A stretch of 63,993 bases of DNA, the filler included, from Catajapyx aquilonaris (taxonomy: Eukaryota), in NCBI GenBank assembly GCA_000934665.2. It is 3 parts of 3 records of this genome, joined end to end, with 100 filler letters (N's around TTAATTAATTAA, not from the genome) between each part and the next. Parts side by side here need not be neighbours in the genome. Positions count along the whole stretch, not along the records: positions 1 to 21,291 come from JYFJ02006097.1; positions 21,392 to 42,682 come from JYFJ02006098.1; 1 more part is not named here. One strand, 5' to 3'. The position numbers and the translations under genes were made by a program. Shown in pieces: positions 11,461 to 23,959 of the stretch. Below the pieces are notes generated by a model that saw only the letters and a list, made by a program, of their open reading frames with translations, did not search any database and was not told the DNA's origin. The number at the start of each line of letters is the position of its first letter. Position 1 is the first letter of the stretch.

Positions 11461-12454
11461 CCAACTATTGGTAAATGAAAAGGGCAATGAAATACACTTT
11501 CTGTCATTTAAAAGTTTTCAGCAAATCTAATTATAATAAGCAAGTCATTAGTATCCTTCATAATTCTCAAGTTACGGATATTGTACATTAATTCTTAAGT
11601 GTGACTGTCTATCTCTGGAAGCCAGCTGAAAGATTTGAAACAATATGCCTGAAGGTCTGTGCCTGTATCCACTGTCAAATGAACAAGGATTCAAGATGTG
11701 AAAATGCTCCCATCAACGTGTGTTCACATATACGTGACTAAACACAAAAACGAGCGAATTTCAGCTTTCAGCGAATTTGCTTCTGACCAAAAAGATTAAT
11801 GTATCGGTGAATTGCCTTAAGACAGAAGCGAATTTTGGATATTCGCGTGATTACACACAAAATATGATACGACTTTTCGAGCTGGTTTGAGCCACCCAGC
11901 GCCACCAAGCCGACTTTTAAGCCTTCCTTAGCCATGTTGGAAATGCGAATGCCTGAGCTCGGAAGTTACCTATATTTTTGTTGCAAACTCCCAACCTGTC
12001 CAGCCTCCACGCCATGTCCAGATCCTGCCCCACTTGGTGCATTGTGACCTGGATGAACTTCCAAGGTCTGTTCAGCGGCATTTTCTCTGCCATGATGGCT
12101 GCCTCATCAGCACAGGGCTCCGCCATCTTACTCAACCTACAACCTCCCCCTGGCCATTCCAACCCGGTCCATGGCCTCCCTCCTACCTGTCCTGCTGCAC
12201 AGCGCATGCTCCATAACCCAACCCACTCTACTCAAATGAAGGTCCACTGCACCTTTAGGACATGAGGTACTGTCTTGTAACAATGTGCGCCATTCCATTT
12301 GGAATTTAATTAATTAGCAAATTTATATTAATGAGGTGAATTAACATTAGTGGCAAATGTAAGTTAGGGACACCATGGTGAAATTAAATGGATGCGAGTG
12401 GCTGATAAATTTATTGCTTGCGTTAATTCTTCATGAAATATATTGTGCCTATCA

Positions 12455-12948
12455 CAGGGGTTGAATCTTAAGTTTTCTGTCCATGTGCAAAGTTTGCACT
12501 CCAAAATTTTCATGTGGAGTGCAAATTACTTACTTGGAGTGCGTAATTTTTAATTACTGGGTGTATCAATGTTTAAAAGCAGGACTAACTGTGTGCAGTA
12601 AAAGAAATTTCGAGTATTTTTCCACTCATTTTGAGTGAAAATCACTATCACGAGTGATTTTCACTCAGAATGAGTAATCATTTCAATCACTGAAAGAGTA
12701 GTCTTTTAATTATTTTCACTCTTCTTTCGAGTAATAATCCACTCCATTTGAGTTAAAGTAAATCTTCACCTAGGAAAATTCGCTCAAAAATTGCATTTTT
12801 TGAAAGTGCTCATTTTTTGAGTGAAATTTTCACTAGAAAATCTTTAGAGAGTGGAGTCCAAACGTTGCACTCCAAGTCTCAGTTTGGAGTGCAGATAACA
12901 ATTTTGGAGTGCAAACTGAACCTTCACATCCGAATATTTCGACCCCTG
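12455..12948. mobile_element. Non-autonomous TIR element with 6-bp TSD
   Basis: TIR CAGGGGTTGAA / TTCGACCCCTG; CTATCA duplicated at 12449-12454 and 12949-12954; subterminal (T)GGAGTGCA repeats. Confidence 0.75.
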
Positions 12949-13110
12949 CTATCACTGCGAGTGACTGAACAGGTACGCATACTGCAGGTTCATTTGTACA
13001 AGTACACGTTGATTATTATTACGATACGAGAGGCTGGTCCTGCTTAGCATTGTCCACGCAGAACCGGCAGGCATTACAACAGGGCCAAACCAGCGAGTAA
13101 GTTATATATA

Positions 13111-13542
13111 CAGTGGAGCATCGATTATCCGAACAGAGTCTGCCCAGGGGGTGTTCAGATAACTGATTGTTCAGATGACCGATCATTTACGGAAAAAAAT
13201 TGTACCAGTGTCATAGGAGTAATATGAAACTAAGAAACAGTGATATTAACCACAAAACGGTATATTTTCTGTCACAGGCACGTCTTAAAAATACTGTACA
13301 TATACCTTACTGTCCTTACATGAAGTAGTCCTACAGTTTAGTGGGGGAAAAGGCCAAATTCTTTTGCTTGAGAGCCGAGGCTCTTTTTTTTGGTGGCTAA
13401 ATCTGCAGTGCCACAGCACTAGCAGCCACTAGCAGAACCACATAGCGTGATTTTTTTAAAAATATAATTTTTTGCCGACCCGAAAACGTTCAGTTAACCC
13501 ATGGTTCGGTTGATCGGTGTTCGGATAATAGATGCTCCACTG
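13111..13542. mobile_element. pogo/Tigger-type MITE
   Basis: TA|CAGTGGAGCATCGATTATCCGAAC ... GTTCGGATAATAGATGCTCCACTG|TA. Confidence 0.9.
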
Positions 13543-13549
13543 TATATAT

Positions 13550-13823
13550 ATTTAATTACCCCGTGATAGAGCTCGTGGCTCTCTTGGGGGGGAAGGGGGA
13601 AGTTCCCAAGGGAGGGCACCGTGCGATAGCCATTTCTGACATTTTTTAAACACCAGGCCTTTTCTCCTGGCCCTGAGCAGAGAAGGGAGTGCAATTCTGC
13701 ACTCAGCATGTTGGGTGAAAAGCGGAAAAAGACCCGGCCAAGCAGAGGTGACAGGGACGGGATTGAACCCCGGCCTCCCGCTTGGCTGGCCAGAGGTGTA
13801 ACCGCTAGACCACCATGCCACCC
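13550..13823 (-). mobile_element. tRNA-derived SINE family B, copy 1
   Basis: Reversed box A (GGTGGTCTAGCGG) and box B (GGGTTCAATCCC); homologous to 16201-16495; TSD GCGAGTAAGTTATAT (13093-13107, 13824-13838). Confidence 0.88.
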
Positions 13824-14021
13824 GCGAGTAAGTTATATTGCATCGTCGATACATGCATGCCCTGAAAATTTCCCATCTGCGAGCAAAGAGTTCTCACATT
13901 TCATATGTAAAAGACGCGAAATAGAAAAACGTGAAAATCGCTTGAAATGTATTTAGTCGCTTATACGTGAACCGGCTTAATGCCAGCAATAAGAATGACA
14001 TAACAGGAACTTCAAAATCAC

Positions 14022-16866
14022 CTCATCATCAGCATCCTGCCCTGCAGCTAGCCTTGCCGATTTCCTAGGGACACCTCCACCTGTATCTTCTTTCTTGGTG
14101 AGAGGCCTCTTCTTATCTTCCGTGTTTCTTTCTGTTCCATTGCTAACTTGGCTTGCCCTCCTCCTACATTTGGTACAAAAAAATTACAATAATTATGAGT
14201 TTGAAACAGAGCTAATGCATTTAAAAGAATAACAAAGAAGATAGAAATCACATTTCAGAAACTGCTTCAATGTCACGTTAATAAAAGATATTTATTACCT
14301 TCCCTTCTAAAAGAGCCTGATTAAACAGACAAGAGTAATGGGGTAACAATATAATGAATAAATTACCCCTGTGGTAAGGGCTCTTGCTCTGTAGCAGCTG
14401 AGCTCCGGGTTACTAGTCTGCCACGCTTCTTTGGAACCTCTTCCGGAGGTGGATCATCTGCTTCAGACCTGATAACAAACATATTGAACTCAGGTCTGAA
14501 AAGGACACTTCCCACTGATGCAAAATACACACACACAAACCAAATTTTAAATGCATTTAAAACGTACAAAAATTTATGCTCAATTATATCACAAATGTAC
14601 AGGTCCTCCTGCGGAAAAACTGAACTGAAACTTCAAGTTTGATAATCGAATTTTGTGCATAAAATGGACAAAGCCATTGAAATATGTCGGAAAATGTGGA
14701 TAGGCCATGTATCTGGCAGTCACACATCTGAGTGGCTTTAAAAAGTTAAGATGATACAGGTAGATTTCCTTCTCCTGGATGGGGAGAGTCTGTTAAAACT
14801 AGTTGCACCTCTTTGACAAGTTTTAGACAATTGGTAGATAAGTGACTGTGCGATACATGCCAGATCCACAGCATGCCTGTACGACAATTTCAGCAAATTC
14901 GTCTGGCACGGTTCTCCAGGTAGATATGCCATATATTTTAATATTTATTTTTGAAAATTAATTTAGGGACTTTTAGACGAGGAAAATTGTTTCCAACACA
15001 TTCAAAGTGTAGAGCAGTGGTTCCCAAACTTTTTGTCCCATGGAGCCCTTTTTGCAAAAAAAAATTTAACGGCGGAGCCCCTGACAAGCTAGAGCCCCCC
15101 CCCCCCCCCCCCCCCCCCCCCCCCNTCCGCCCCGCCACGTCCATGTGGGCTCTAAGTAGGCCCTACATCGCAGGAGCATAGCAAGAGGATTATGCACCTG
15201 GGCAGCGGGGAAGAGGGATGAGGTGAGTGTAAACAAGCCTGCCACAGGTGAAATTTTGTTTGGTTCAAGGTCACACAAGCTTAGGTGAATGTAACTGACA
15301 GAATCCATCATTGTCTCCTTCATTCTGAACCAGCCACGACACCAATTTTGCATCCTTACATTTTTGTGTAGTGCAGGAAAGCATTCTGGTCTTAGGAGCA
15401 TTTAGGGGTCTGCTCATTTTTTTACACAATGGCCGTTTTCGGGGTTTGAGCCTAACACATTACAGTGAAGCAGTTGTTCCATGAAATGCCACTTGTGATG
15501 AAAAATTTGTCCAATAAACTAAAAATTTAGGCGCTGTTGTGTTCAGGGCCAGGTGGACAAGTGATTTTTTTCTTTGCAAAAGAGTAATGTTATTCTCAAT
15601 GCTTCCATGGAGCCCTTTGCGGAGCTTTGTGGGCTTTGGGGCTCCGCAGAGCACAGTTTGGGAACCACTGGTGTAGAGCATGAAAGTGTAAGTGTAGCTG
15701 TTATTTATTTGTAAAATATCTTGTCCTTATTTTCAGAGCACGTGTAAGTGAAAATATAGGTGTTTTCGGTATAGCTGGTAGCAAAGTGGTTAAATTGTAA
15801 AAGGTTTACCTCTTCACTATGGTTAACGCTGTCCTCACAAAAAAAATAATTTAAAAATGAACTTCAATTTTAGAGCATATGCCTGACACTGAGAGCTATA
15901 ATAGGATTACGATGGCTACACTTTATCTTAATTGTTAAAATGGCAGACCACAGCCTTTATCTGAATGCCACCATGCCAGACAACTAAATCCAATAACTGA
16001 GAGCAATAAGAAGCTATGCAAAATGGCGAATTGTCAAGCCTTACTTGTAATAATTTCCAACGTATGTTGTGTCAAATGCATGACATGACATTTGCTTTTA
16101 GCTAACCTTCTAATCACCCTCATTTATCATGTTTGGCAGTACAGAGTGGGTGGCATCAGTCTTTTAACAGAGAGCAAACAATACAAACATTGAAAGTAAT
16201 TTTTGTTTGTTTTTGTTGTTTTTTTGATACCCCGTGATAGGGCAGAGCCCATTTAGGGGGGAACTGGAGGTCCCCGAGGGAGGGCGCTGTAATTATAGTC
16301 ATTTCTGACTTTCTGAAATACACCAGACCTTTTCTCCTGGCCCTGGGCAGAGTAGGGAATGCAATTCTGCCCCGGCATGTCGGGTGAAAAGGAGAAAAAG
16401 ACCCGGCCAAGCAGAGGTGACGGAAACGGGATTTGAACCCCGGCCTCCCGCTAGGCTGGGCAGTGGTGTAACCACCAGAGCACCATGCCTCCCGTCATTG
16501 AAAGTAATATTATTGTTATGGTGACAAATTCCCCAATCAGATTACCAGTATCATTGGTTTGACTTCTGATTGGAAGCAAGGCACACACTCCAACTCCTTG
16601 GACAGGTTGTCTGAAATTTGATGCCCATGTTAAAAGAGTTATAGAGGAAGTCTTCTCACCTAGCTGCAGCTGCAGCTCTTCTGGTATTCCTGGTTGTTGC
16701 AGGCATTGCTGTAGTTTTTTCTGGAATCTGCGAGGTAGAAGGACCATCTTCTTCTCTTACAGGATTACTTGATGCATTCACTGATATGCATGAAGTGTGA
16801 AGAACAGTAGCTCCCTTGCTTTCTAGGGACATCCTATCCGAGGTGGTCGACTTGCGTGAGAAGTAC
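14022..16866 (-). CDS. Putative unrecognised spliced gene (internal exons 16866-16660, 14468-14367, 14163-14022), low-complexity basic protein
   Basis: Three AG/GT-bounded exons with consistent phase-2 joins give an open frame YFSRKSTTSDRMSLESK...TTRNTRRAAAAAR-SEADDPPPEEVPKKRGRLVTRSS...PQG-RRASQVSNG...GVPRKSARLAAGQDADDE. No recognisable domain; start and end not located. Confidence 0.4.
15015..15670. mobile_element. hAT (Charlie/Buster-like) non-autonomous element
   Basis: TIR CAGTGGTTCCCAAACT / AGTTTGGGAACCACTG; exact 8-bp TSD GTGTAGAG (15007-15014, 15671-15678). Confidence 0.93.
16201..16495 (-). mobile_element. tRNA-derived SINE family B, copy 2
   Basis: Homologous to 13550-13823; 13-bp TSD CATTGAAAGTAAT (16188-16200, 16496-16508); reversed A-rich tail. 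Confidence 0.9.
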
Positions 16867-17186
16867 CTGGTTGTGGAGGGTGGGGGATTGAGATATGGAG
16901 GAAGAGAGTGAGGGAGGGATAGAGGGGGAAGAAGGAGGAGGAGGACACACATGTGCCTTTTCAGTTTCTTGTCTCTTGTTCGAGTCGTTTATTGCTATCC
17001 CTGGCGTTTCTTACTTTGTGGCTGGCAGTGCCAACTTAACATGTGGCATATGTTACCACTCAGGGTTCTCTACAGTAATGTTGGCCAGCTAGAATTTTCA
17101 CAAGAACCATGTCAAGTGGTGCAAACTACAGAGTTGAAAATAAATTTTAATTGTTCAGACTCCTCACATGACATGAGGCAATTTAA

Positions 17187-17704
17187 CCCTTTGACGGTGG
17201 GGTTTTTTGGTCCGTTTTTTCCCCTTTCTTGACCAAAATTTGTAGTAGGGGTGACATTAATGAAAAAAGATATGCTCCAATATCGATCATTTTAACTCGT
17301 GGCAGTCCTTCTGAATGTAAAATGCCGAAAAAATTCGTTTACAGGGTGTTCCAAAAAAACTTTAAGGTGCAATTAACTTTAAATGTAATTAAAATAATTT
17401 AAATTTTAAAGTCACTATAAAATTGTTACTATGGTTACATTGTATTACTAAAACACTGTACTATGAGAAATTCCTAAGAGTCCAGACTTACGGGGCACCC
17501 TGTTCTGACGCAGCGGGAGGGGGTATGTTTAGCTCACGCTGGGAAGCGGAAAAACTTATTAGCATAAGCCATAGTAGTTGAGCCCCCTTCCATGGGGTGG
17601 TAGGAGCAGTTTGAGCCTCAAACTGCGCCATTTCTGTCTAAACTGGAGCGCGCCCAGTTGAAAACCCTGCAGGGCCTCATATGCGGCTCGTAGCCCTCAA
17701 AGGG
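17187..17704. mobile_element. piggyBac-type non-autonomous element with a nested CAGGGTG-ended MITE (~17342-17502)
   Basis: TTAA|CCCTTTGA ... TCAAAGGG|TTAA; internal TACAGGGTGTTCC...GGGCACCCTGT. Confidence 0.8.
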
Positions 17705-18733
17705 TTAATAGAATTATTACACTGCTTCACATACAGGTTCAATCAATGTAGTGGAAGTATGGAACACCCAAATTGTTACTTCATGGTGTGGGTGCTCAAT
17801 ATTGAATGCAAATGCAGTTGGATGACTGGAGAAAGGGATTGGTGGATGGATGTGATAATAATAATCTAAATGGTGTCAGCCACAAAGTTTCAAATGCTCA
17901 CCCATATTGGTTTCCCCATGTCATACCCCTTCATAATGTGCATACAGTAATGCACAATCATAGTTAAATATTGTAACTTTTAATGTACATTATGAGCCTC
18001 TAAACGAGATTGACAATCATGCAAGCATGATTCAAATTGAGAAGCGGGAAATGAGGCTGACAACTTGGTTCAAATTGTTAGATTTGAATCATATAGACTG
18101 CCATAGGTGTGAATCTATATGGATAGATATATCGACCACACTTTCGATGTACGACACAATGCAATTCTAATTGGACAAAACAACGGCATAGAATGTTGTC
18201 AGTCTCATTACCTGTTGCCAAGGAACCCATGGAAACTAATTTATACTGTAACCTGCCTGTAAACTTGACCTTGGCAGATCGAGTGAACCAGGAAAACCGG
18301 AAGTAGTTGGTCACCAAAAGTTGACCATGAAACCTATGTAGGGTACACCAAATCTGAATCCGAAAAATGTTTGTCGCTATCTCTTGCAGTTTGGGCCCTG
18401 ATCTCCCCGGACAGACAAATTGGCAGAGCCATTCTGTAAGATTTTTTTTAAGCAGAAAAAGTCTGAATTTGGACACTGTCTACCGACTCTACCACGATCA
18501 CAAAAGGAAAAGTTCCTGGATGTTCTAATTTCAACCTGTGGCCATCTGAATATTGGAAACATTCAAATTTATAACACACACATTCCAACCTCATATCTCA
18601 ACTACATGAACTCATTCTGAAATTCTTGACTGCATTAATTTCGAGAGAGCATCGACATCAAATTTTTTACCAAAAATATAATTTAATCAACAAAAAGGAG
18701 TAGGCCCTATCTGTTGATTTCCTGTACTATTTA

Positions 18734-18952
18734 CAGCACCTGATTTACCCCCCAGCGGCCCTTAGGCAGTTGAGATCAGGCCACCCCCCTCCCCCCCCCT
18801 CCCTGCATGCCACTTAAAAATGTCATTTTTCTCTCGTGTGCTCTCCTTTATTCTATTTTAAACAAATTTATAATCAGGCTTATGGCCGCCCTCACAGGGT
18901 GGCCACACCCCTAGGCAATCACCTTTTCTGCATATTGGGAAATCAGGTGCTG
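18734..18952. mobile_element. hAT-type MITE
   Basis: TIR CAGCACCTGATTT / AAATCAGGTGCTG; 8-bp TSD ACTATTTA/ACTATTTG. Confidence 0.8.
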
Positions 18953-19425
18953 ACTATTTGTGAGAATCCCCCCTCCCCAAACATGAAATGTTCTTTTCCT
19001 GGGGGAGGGTGATGATAATGATGGTGGTGGTGATGATGATGATGATGATGATGATTATTATTATTAGTCAGCATTATTATTAGTCAGTATCCTTCATTGT
19101 GCTTAGCAGATGAACATTTTAACCCTCTGGTCGCCAGTCCTCCTCCCGTATGAATCAGTAATAACTTAATCGTATTTTAGAAATTCCATATCTCACCAAT
19201 GGCTCATGTTAACCCCATGCCGCATATATAATTCGAACAGCATTGAGTGGCTGCTCCCGCCAACTCTACTGCGCCGGTCCATGCATCTAGGCCGTGGATA
19301 GCATAACAGCTATAACAATTATCCACACATCTACTCAGAGGTCAGAAAAAATGTAGCAGCGAAGTATACGGGTTCAAAAAACTACAGTGGAATCCCTTTA
19401 TAACGAATCCGGATAAGGGTAAACC

Positions 19426-19828
19426 CAGGGGCGGATTAGCCTTCTTTGCCGCCCTAGGCCAGTCCTGAAATTGCCGCCCCCGGAAACATCAGGGCAGGCG
19501 GGGGGGGGGNTCATTGCACCCCCTATACCATGCCAGGGGTGATAGATGCCGTTCAAAGATAGACGTAGGCTACACCTTGCTCACGGCCATTGCCAAAATC
19601 GCGTATTTAATTAAAATGATAGTTAATTTAAATGAAATATCCTTCAATGAAAGAGTAGAACACGTCGGAAATGGCGGGGAGGAAGCCCGCCGCAGGCGAA
19701 ATTTTTTTTCGTTCAAGGCTTAATATATTCATATAATATTGCTTTATTTAAACTTGCCGGTTGCCGCCCTTCAAAATATGCCGCCCTAGGCCATGGCCTA
19801 GTGTGGCCTTATGGGTAATCCGCCTCTG
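19426..19828. mobile_element. hAT-type MITE
   Basis: TIR CAGGGGCGGATTA / TAATCCGCCTCTG; exact 8-bp TSD GGTAAACC (19418-19425, 19829-19836). Confidence 0.88.
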
Positions 19829-20062
19829 GGTAAACCATACAGTTATGGGACACTTAAGAAATTTTCCAAGTTCACATCGTCACATGACCCACAATAATTA
19901 CATCTGCAGTTTGATTATATTTTTATCTGAATCTTCAGAATGTTCTCTTTCAAGAAGCAACTGTAATTTTGAAATTCTCTTTTACTGTCATTTTTGGTAA
20001 TGAAAAGTTCCAAAAAGTCACAAAAGTACAGTAATGGGACACTTGTCACAGTTATGGGCCGC

Positions 20063-20912
20063 ATGGCGGCGCTGGTGGTCTCGTGGTTAGCGCGCTCGCC
20101 TCTAGACCCAAAGTTGTGGGTTCGAACTCGGCCAAGGTCGGTGACTTTTCTCCGGGTGGTAGAAAAGTGAGTGCGCGCCTTCCTTCGGGGGGGAAGTAAA
20201 GCCACTGGTCCCGTGTGCTTGTGACATTGCGCGAGTGCACGTTAAACATCCCCAGAGTGGCCAAATTTCCAGGAGGAGGACAACCCCCTGGCGTCGTTGT
20301 TTAGCCTAAAGGTCTGTTCTCAAAGCAGCGGGTTGGAGCAAAGCGTGCGCTTGCAAGCGCCTTGGAGCGCGTGGTTTGGCCGCTCGAGAATATTCTGGTC
20401 TTCACGAAGTAGCTGGTGCGCGTGGCTGGTGCGCGCTAGAGTAAGCGCGTAGACCATTTTCGGCGGCGGACTAATTAAAATATTTTAAATAATTACGTTT
20501 GCCTATGAACTTATATGACATAATAGTGACATTTACTACCAAATACACCTGCAATTTTGTAAACTATTTTCAAGTAAATAAAGACCACGTCACGTGACAT
20601 ATTCCAAAACATTCGAATCGGAGCCCACGCGATTACGTCACGTGACCACGTGACTCCCACAGGGCCACCGGATTGGTCCCCATGGAGCGGGTGGTGGGCC
20701 AAAGTGGGTAGAAATCAACCCGGAGCAGATCGCACCCGCTAGCTCCTAGCAGCGGGCAAGGCGAGCAAGTGTATCTCTACCCACTTTCGAATGACGTCAG
20801 AGCGGGCAAACCACCCGCTCCAAGGCGCTTGCAAGCGCACGTTTTGCTCCAACCCGCTGCTTTGAGAACAGACCTTTAGTCGCAGAAATAGGTCGATGTT
20901 AAGCCCCACTGA
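20063..20912 (+). mobile_element. tRNA-derived SINE family C, interrupted by a MITE
   Basis: Box A TGGTCTCGTGG, box B GGGTTCGAACTCG; 15-bp TSD ACAGTTATGGGCCGC (20048-20062, 20913-20927). Confidence 0.85.
20309..20876. mobile_element. TA-TSD MITE with ~60-bp TIRs inserted in SINE C
   Basis: AAGGTCTGTTCTCAAAGCAGCGGGTTGGAGCAAA...CCTTGGAGCG mirrored at 20816-20876; TA on both sides. Confidence 0.88.
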
Positions 20913-20932
20913 ACAGTTATGGGCCGCCTTTA

Positions 20933-21257
20933 GGGAGACGGAGTGGCGCTGCGGTAATGTATGCGCCCACGGATGTTAAGGTCCCGGGTTCGATCCCAGG
21001 CCGGGGACACCCCCTTCATCTCGTGCAGAGTTCGGGGTCATCTCTGGCTTCGTTTTGGGTAGCATTTCCAACAGACTAAGCCACCCGGGGGAGTTCACAA
21101 AATGACCACAGCTACGACATTGCACTGCACCTTGCACATCCCCTCCTGTCATCTTGCCCGTGGGCCCGGGCGCTTCGCAAAAAGGTTCCAAAATTGTACG
21201 ACGACACAACAAAGGTCCGTGCTGAATACCGTAAGGTCTAGCACTACCCCCAGGATT

Positions 21258-21289
<32 letters not shown>

Positions 21290-21291
21290 TA
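20933..21291 (+). mobile_element. tRNA-derived SINE family D with (ATT)n/(AT)n tail; degenerate reverse copy at ~4565-4690
   Basis: Box A GTGGCGCTGCGG, box B GGGTTCGATCCC; tail runs into the assembly gap. Confidence 0.8.
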
Positions 21292-21391
21292 NNNNNNNNN
21301 NNNNNNNNNNNNNNNNNNNNNNNNNNNNNNNNNNNTTAATTAATTAANNNNNNNNNNNNNNNNNNNNNNNNNNNNNNNNNNNNNNNNNNNN
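21292..21391. other. Artificial assembly spacer (44N + TTAATTAATTAA + 44N)
   Basis: Exactly 100 bp with a six-frame stop linker; identical to 42683-42782. Confidence 0.95.
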
Positions 21392-21412
21392 GGAGACGCA
21401 AGCTAACCCAAC

Positions 21413-21466
<54 letters not shown>

Positions 21467-21886
21467 GGCGGCGGCGGCGGCGGCTTTTAATGGCTAGAAA
21501 AGTCTGACTTTCTCATAATTACGAGGAATAATTGGCAACAAATTAGCCGCAAATGCATGAATCCAAGGCCCATTGTCCACTAAGATTTAATACTCATTCC
21601 TACTTTTTAAATGTTCTAAAAATTGATTTAAAAATTATGGCAGGAGCACCAGTTGGACCTTTTTTTTTGCCTCTCCATTGGGTTGTTGTCAATTATTATT
21701 TTTAATTAGAAAAAAAAGAGAAGAAGCCTTGCACACATGCAAACCAAATTAGCTTCTACAGTGTGCAATAATTTAATTTTGAAGAACTAATGGTTGTATT
21801 GATGCAATGCACATTATTGTTCTAACCCCCTGGATCATAATACGAGTATATTGGCATGCAGTAATCCATGACTACAGAAAAAACTA

Positions 21887-22336
21887 CAGTAGAATCAGAA
21901 TATAACAGCCTAGAAAGTCCCGCCCCATGTATGTTATACTCCAAATATAACAGAGCCATTTGCACCTCACCTAGCCGCTCTAACAGACCATTTCTTAGCC
22001 CCTCGGTGGGATCATCATGATTATCATTATGCAGCTTCCTTTCCCACGCGCAGGACGACAGAGAATACTGGAGCGGGAGTGATTTTCACACATCTCACTG
22101 ATCCAGGTTACTCATAATCATACTTTTTCTGGTGCATTTGGCAACAAGGAGATGGCATAAGAAAATTAAGGATTTTTTTGGGGGGGGGGGGGNGGGGTGC
22201 AATATTGTGCATTATGAGCATATGGAAAGCAGAAAATTTTGTGTATTCATTGCAAAATGGCGATTTAGCTATAACCCGGTTATAACAGATTTTTTCCAGA
22301 AGTTCCTTGAAGTCTTATTATATTCGGAGTCTACTA
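21887..22336. mobile_element. Degenerate Tigger-like MITE
   Basis: CAGTAGAATCAGAATATAA versus reverse complement of the right end TAGTAGACTCCGAATATAA; TA flanks. Confidence 0.6.
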
Positions 22337-23959
22337 TAATTAATATCGAAGCCGTATCAAGAGCTAATAGCTTATTAGCTCTTGGCCTTATAAATATTAG
22401 AGAAAGTTCGCAGAAAGTTTTCCAGACATGCCTAAAAAATAAGGTCTGCTGAGATTTACTAAATTAAAATTGTACGAATGAGTATACTTTACTCATTAGT
22501 TCAATTTTAATTTTTTCATTCTAAAATGTATTTAAAATTAGACGTAGTTGTGCATGGGTGCAAACACTATTCGCACGGTTTTCTCCTGCCTATTACACAT
22601 GCACATGATGGCTGACGTCTAGTGTCTGCTGTCATAAATCAATTGGAGAAAATTTTCCAGTACTAATAGTGGGGTCAATGGAGCTTTTTGCCCTTCCTAA
22701 ATTGTTTGTAGAAATATTTTGCCGCAATTTCAAAAATGCATGCACACTTGTAATCCATTGCTACAAAAAACTGTCTATATAACATACACAGTAATTATAA
22801 CAATGTAAAAAACCAAACAAACACAAATATAATCAAAACCACTAAAATGTAACAACCAAAATATGTCAAAATGTGCTTTTTATCGTGTAAATTATCACAT
22901 ATTTAAATACAAAATTAAGTACAATTGAATCACAATACATGAACACTAGACGACCCGTTTTTTGTTCCACATTGTGGCTGAAAAATGGAATTGCGACAGG
23001 ACAAGGAATGTGAGCAAATTCACACATTGTACCAACGTCATGCTTCAAGTGGTCCGAGTTGGGTCCAAGGGATATGAGGTCACTTCAGCAAAAATGAAAT
23101 CCCCATGTTCATTAAATATTTTAATGAGAAATTTGGGTCGGGACTGAAGGATTATGATGAATGGGGGTAATGGGGTTGAGGGGAAAAAAAAGTGACTCTT
23201 GTTCATTTCATTTTTTTTTTCTGTCAAAGGGATAGTGGGTGGCATGAGGTGAGGCTGGAATTTTGAGAGAATAGAGCACAACCCTGAGAGTCTCATAAAA
23301 TACTGCTGGTGTTTTTACATCTTCCCCCCCGAAAAAACGGAGGTGACAGTCCACTCTGGTCACTTTTTTGCCAGTCGCAAACAGCGTCCATTAACCCCGG
23401 GGAAAAAATTCCCGGTGAATAAATGTTCATCGTAAATTTAAATGTCACACATTTTTACGCTTGTTTTATACACAATTATTATTTTAATGAGCTTCCAGGG
23501 TACCAATATAGTGTCTGGAACACATTCAAAGAAGACTTGCACCAATAAGTTGTCACATTGTTTTCCGTACACATGCAACTGACACTGAATATAACATTTT
23601 CATCAAAACATGACCATAAAAATAACTCGTTACTTTTTCACATGCTTAAATTAGCACGCAATTTTATGCATCAACATTCAGATTGCACAAATGATAAAGG
23701 TACAATAAACAATAATAAAAAATAAAATATTCTTATTGTCTCATTCAAATGACATGACTTCCAAATATTGTTGAAAATCCTTACGATGATCTCGCTTATA
23801 ATTTTATGACAACTTGTGGTCAAATCCTCGTAGAATGTAAGCAAGATTGTACATGTCGGTACCCTGGAAGCTCAGTGTGCATGCACTGATCATACACATT
23901 TTACCCATTGCTTTTTTTGAAAAAGAAAGATGGGCAATAAAAATTCACTGTCACTTGTG

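Noticed and set aside
11740..12290. 96-aa minus-strand ORF and GC-rich patch
   Set aside because: No domain similarity or clear exon boundaries; likely transposon debris.
21336..21347. TTAATTAATTAA as a homeodomain site or piggyBac footprint
   Set aside because: Centred in exactly 44+44 Ns twice, so it is an assembly linker.
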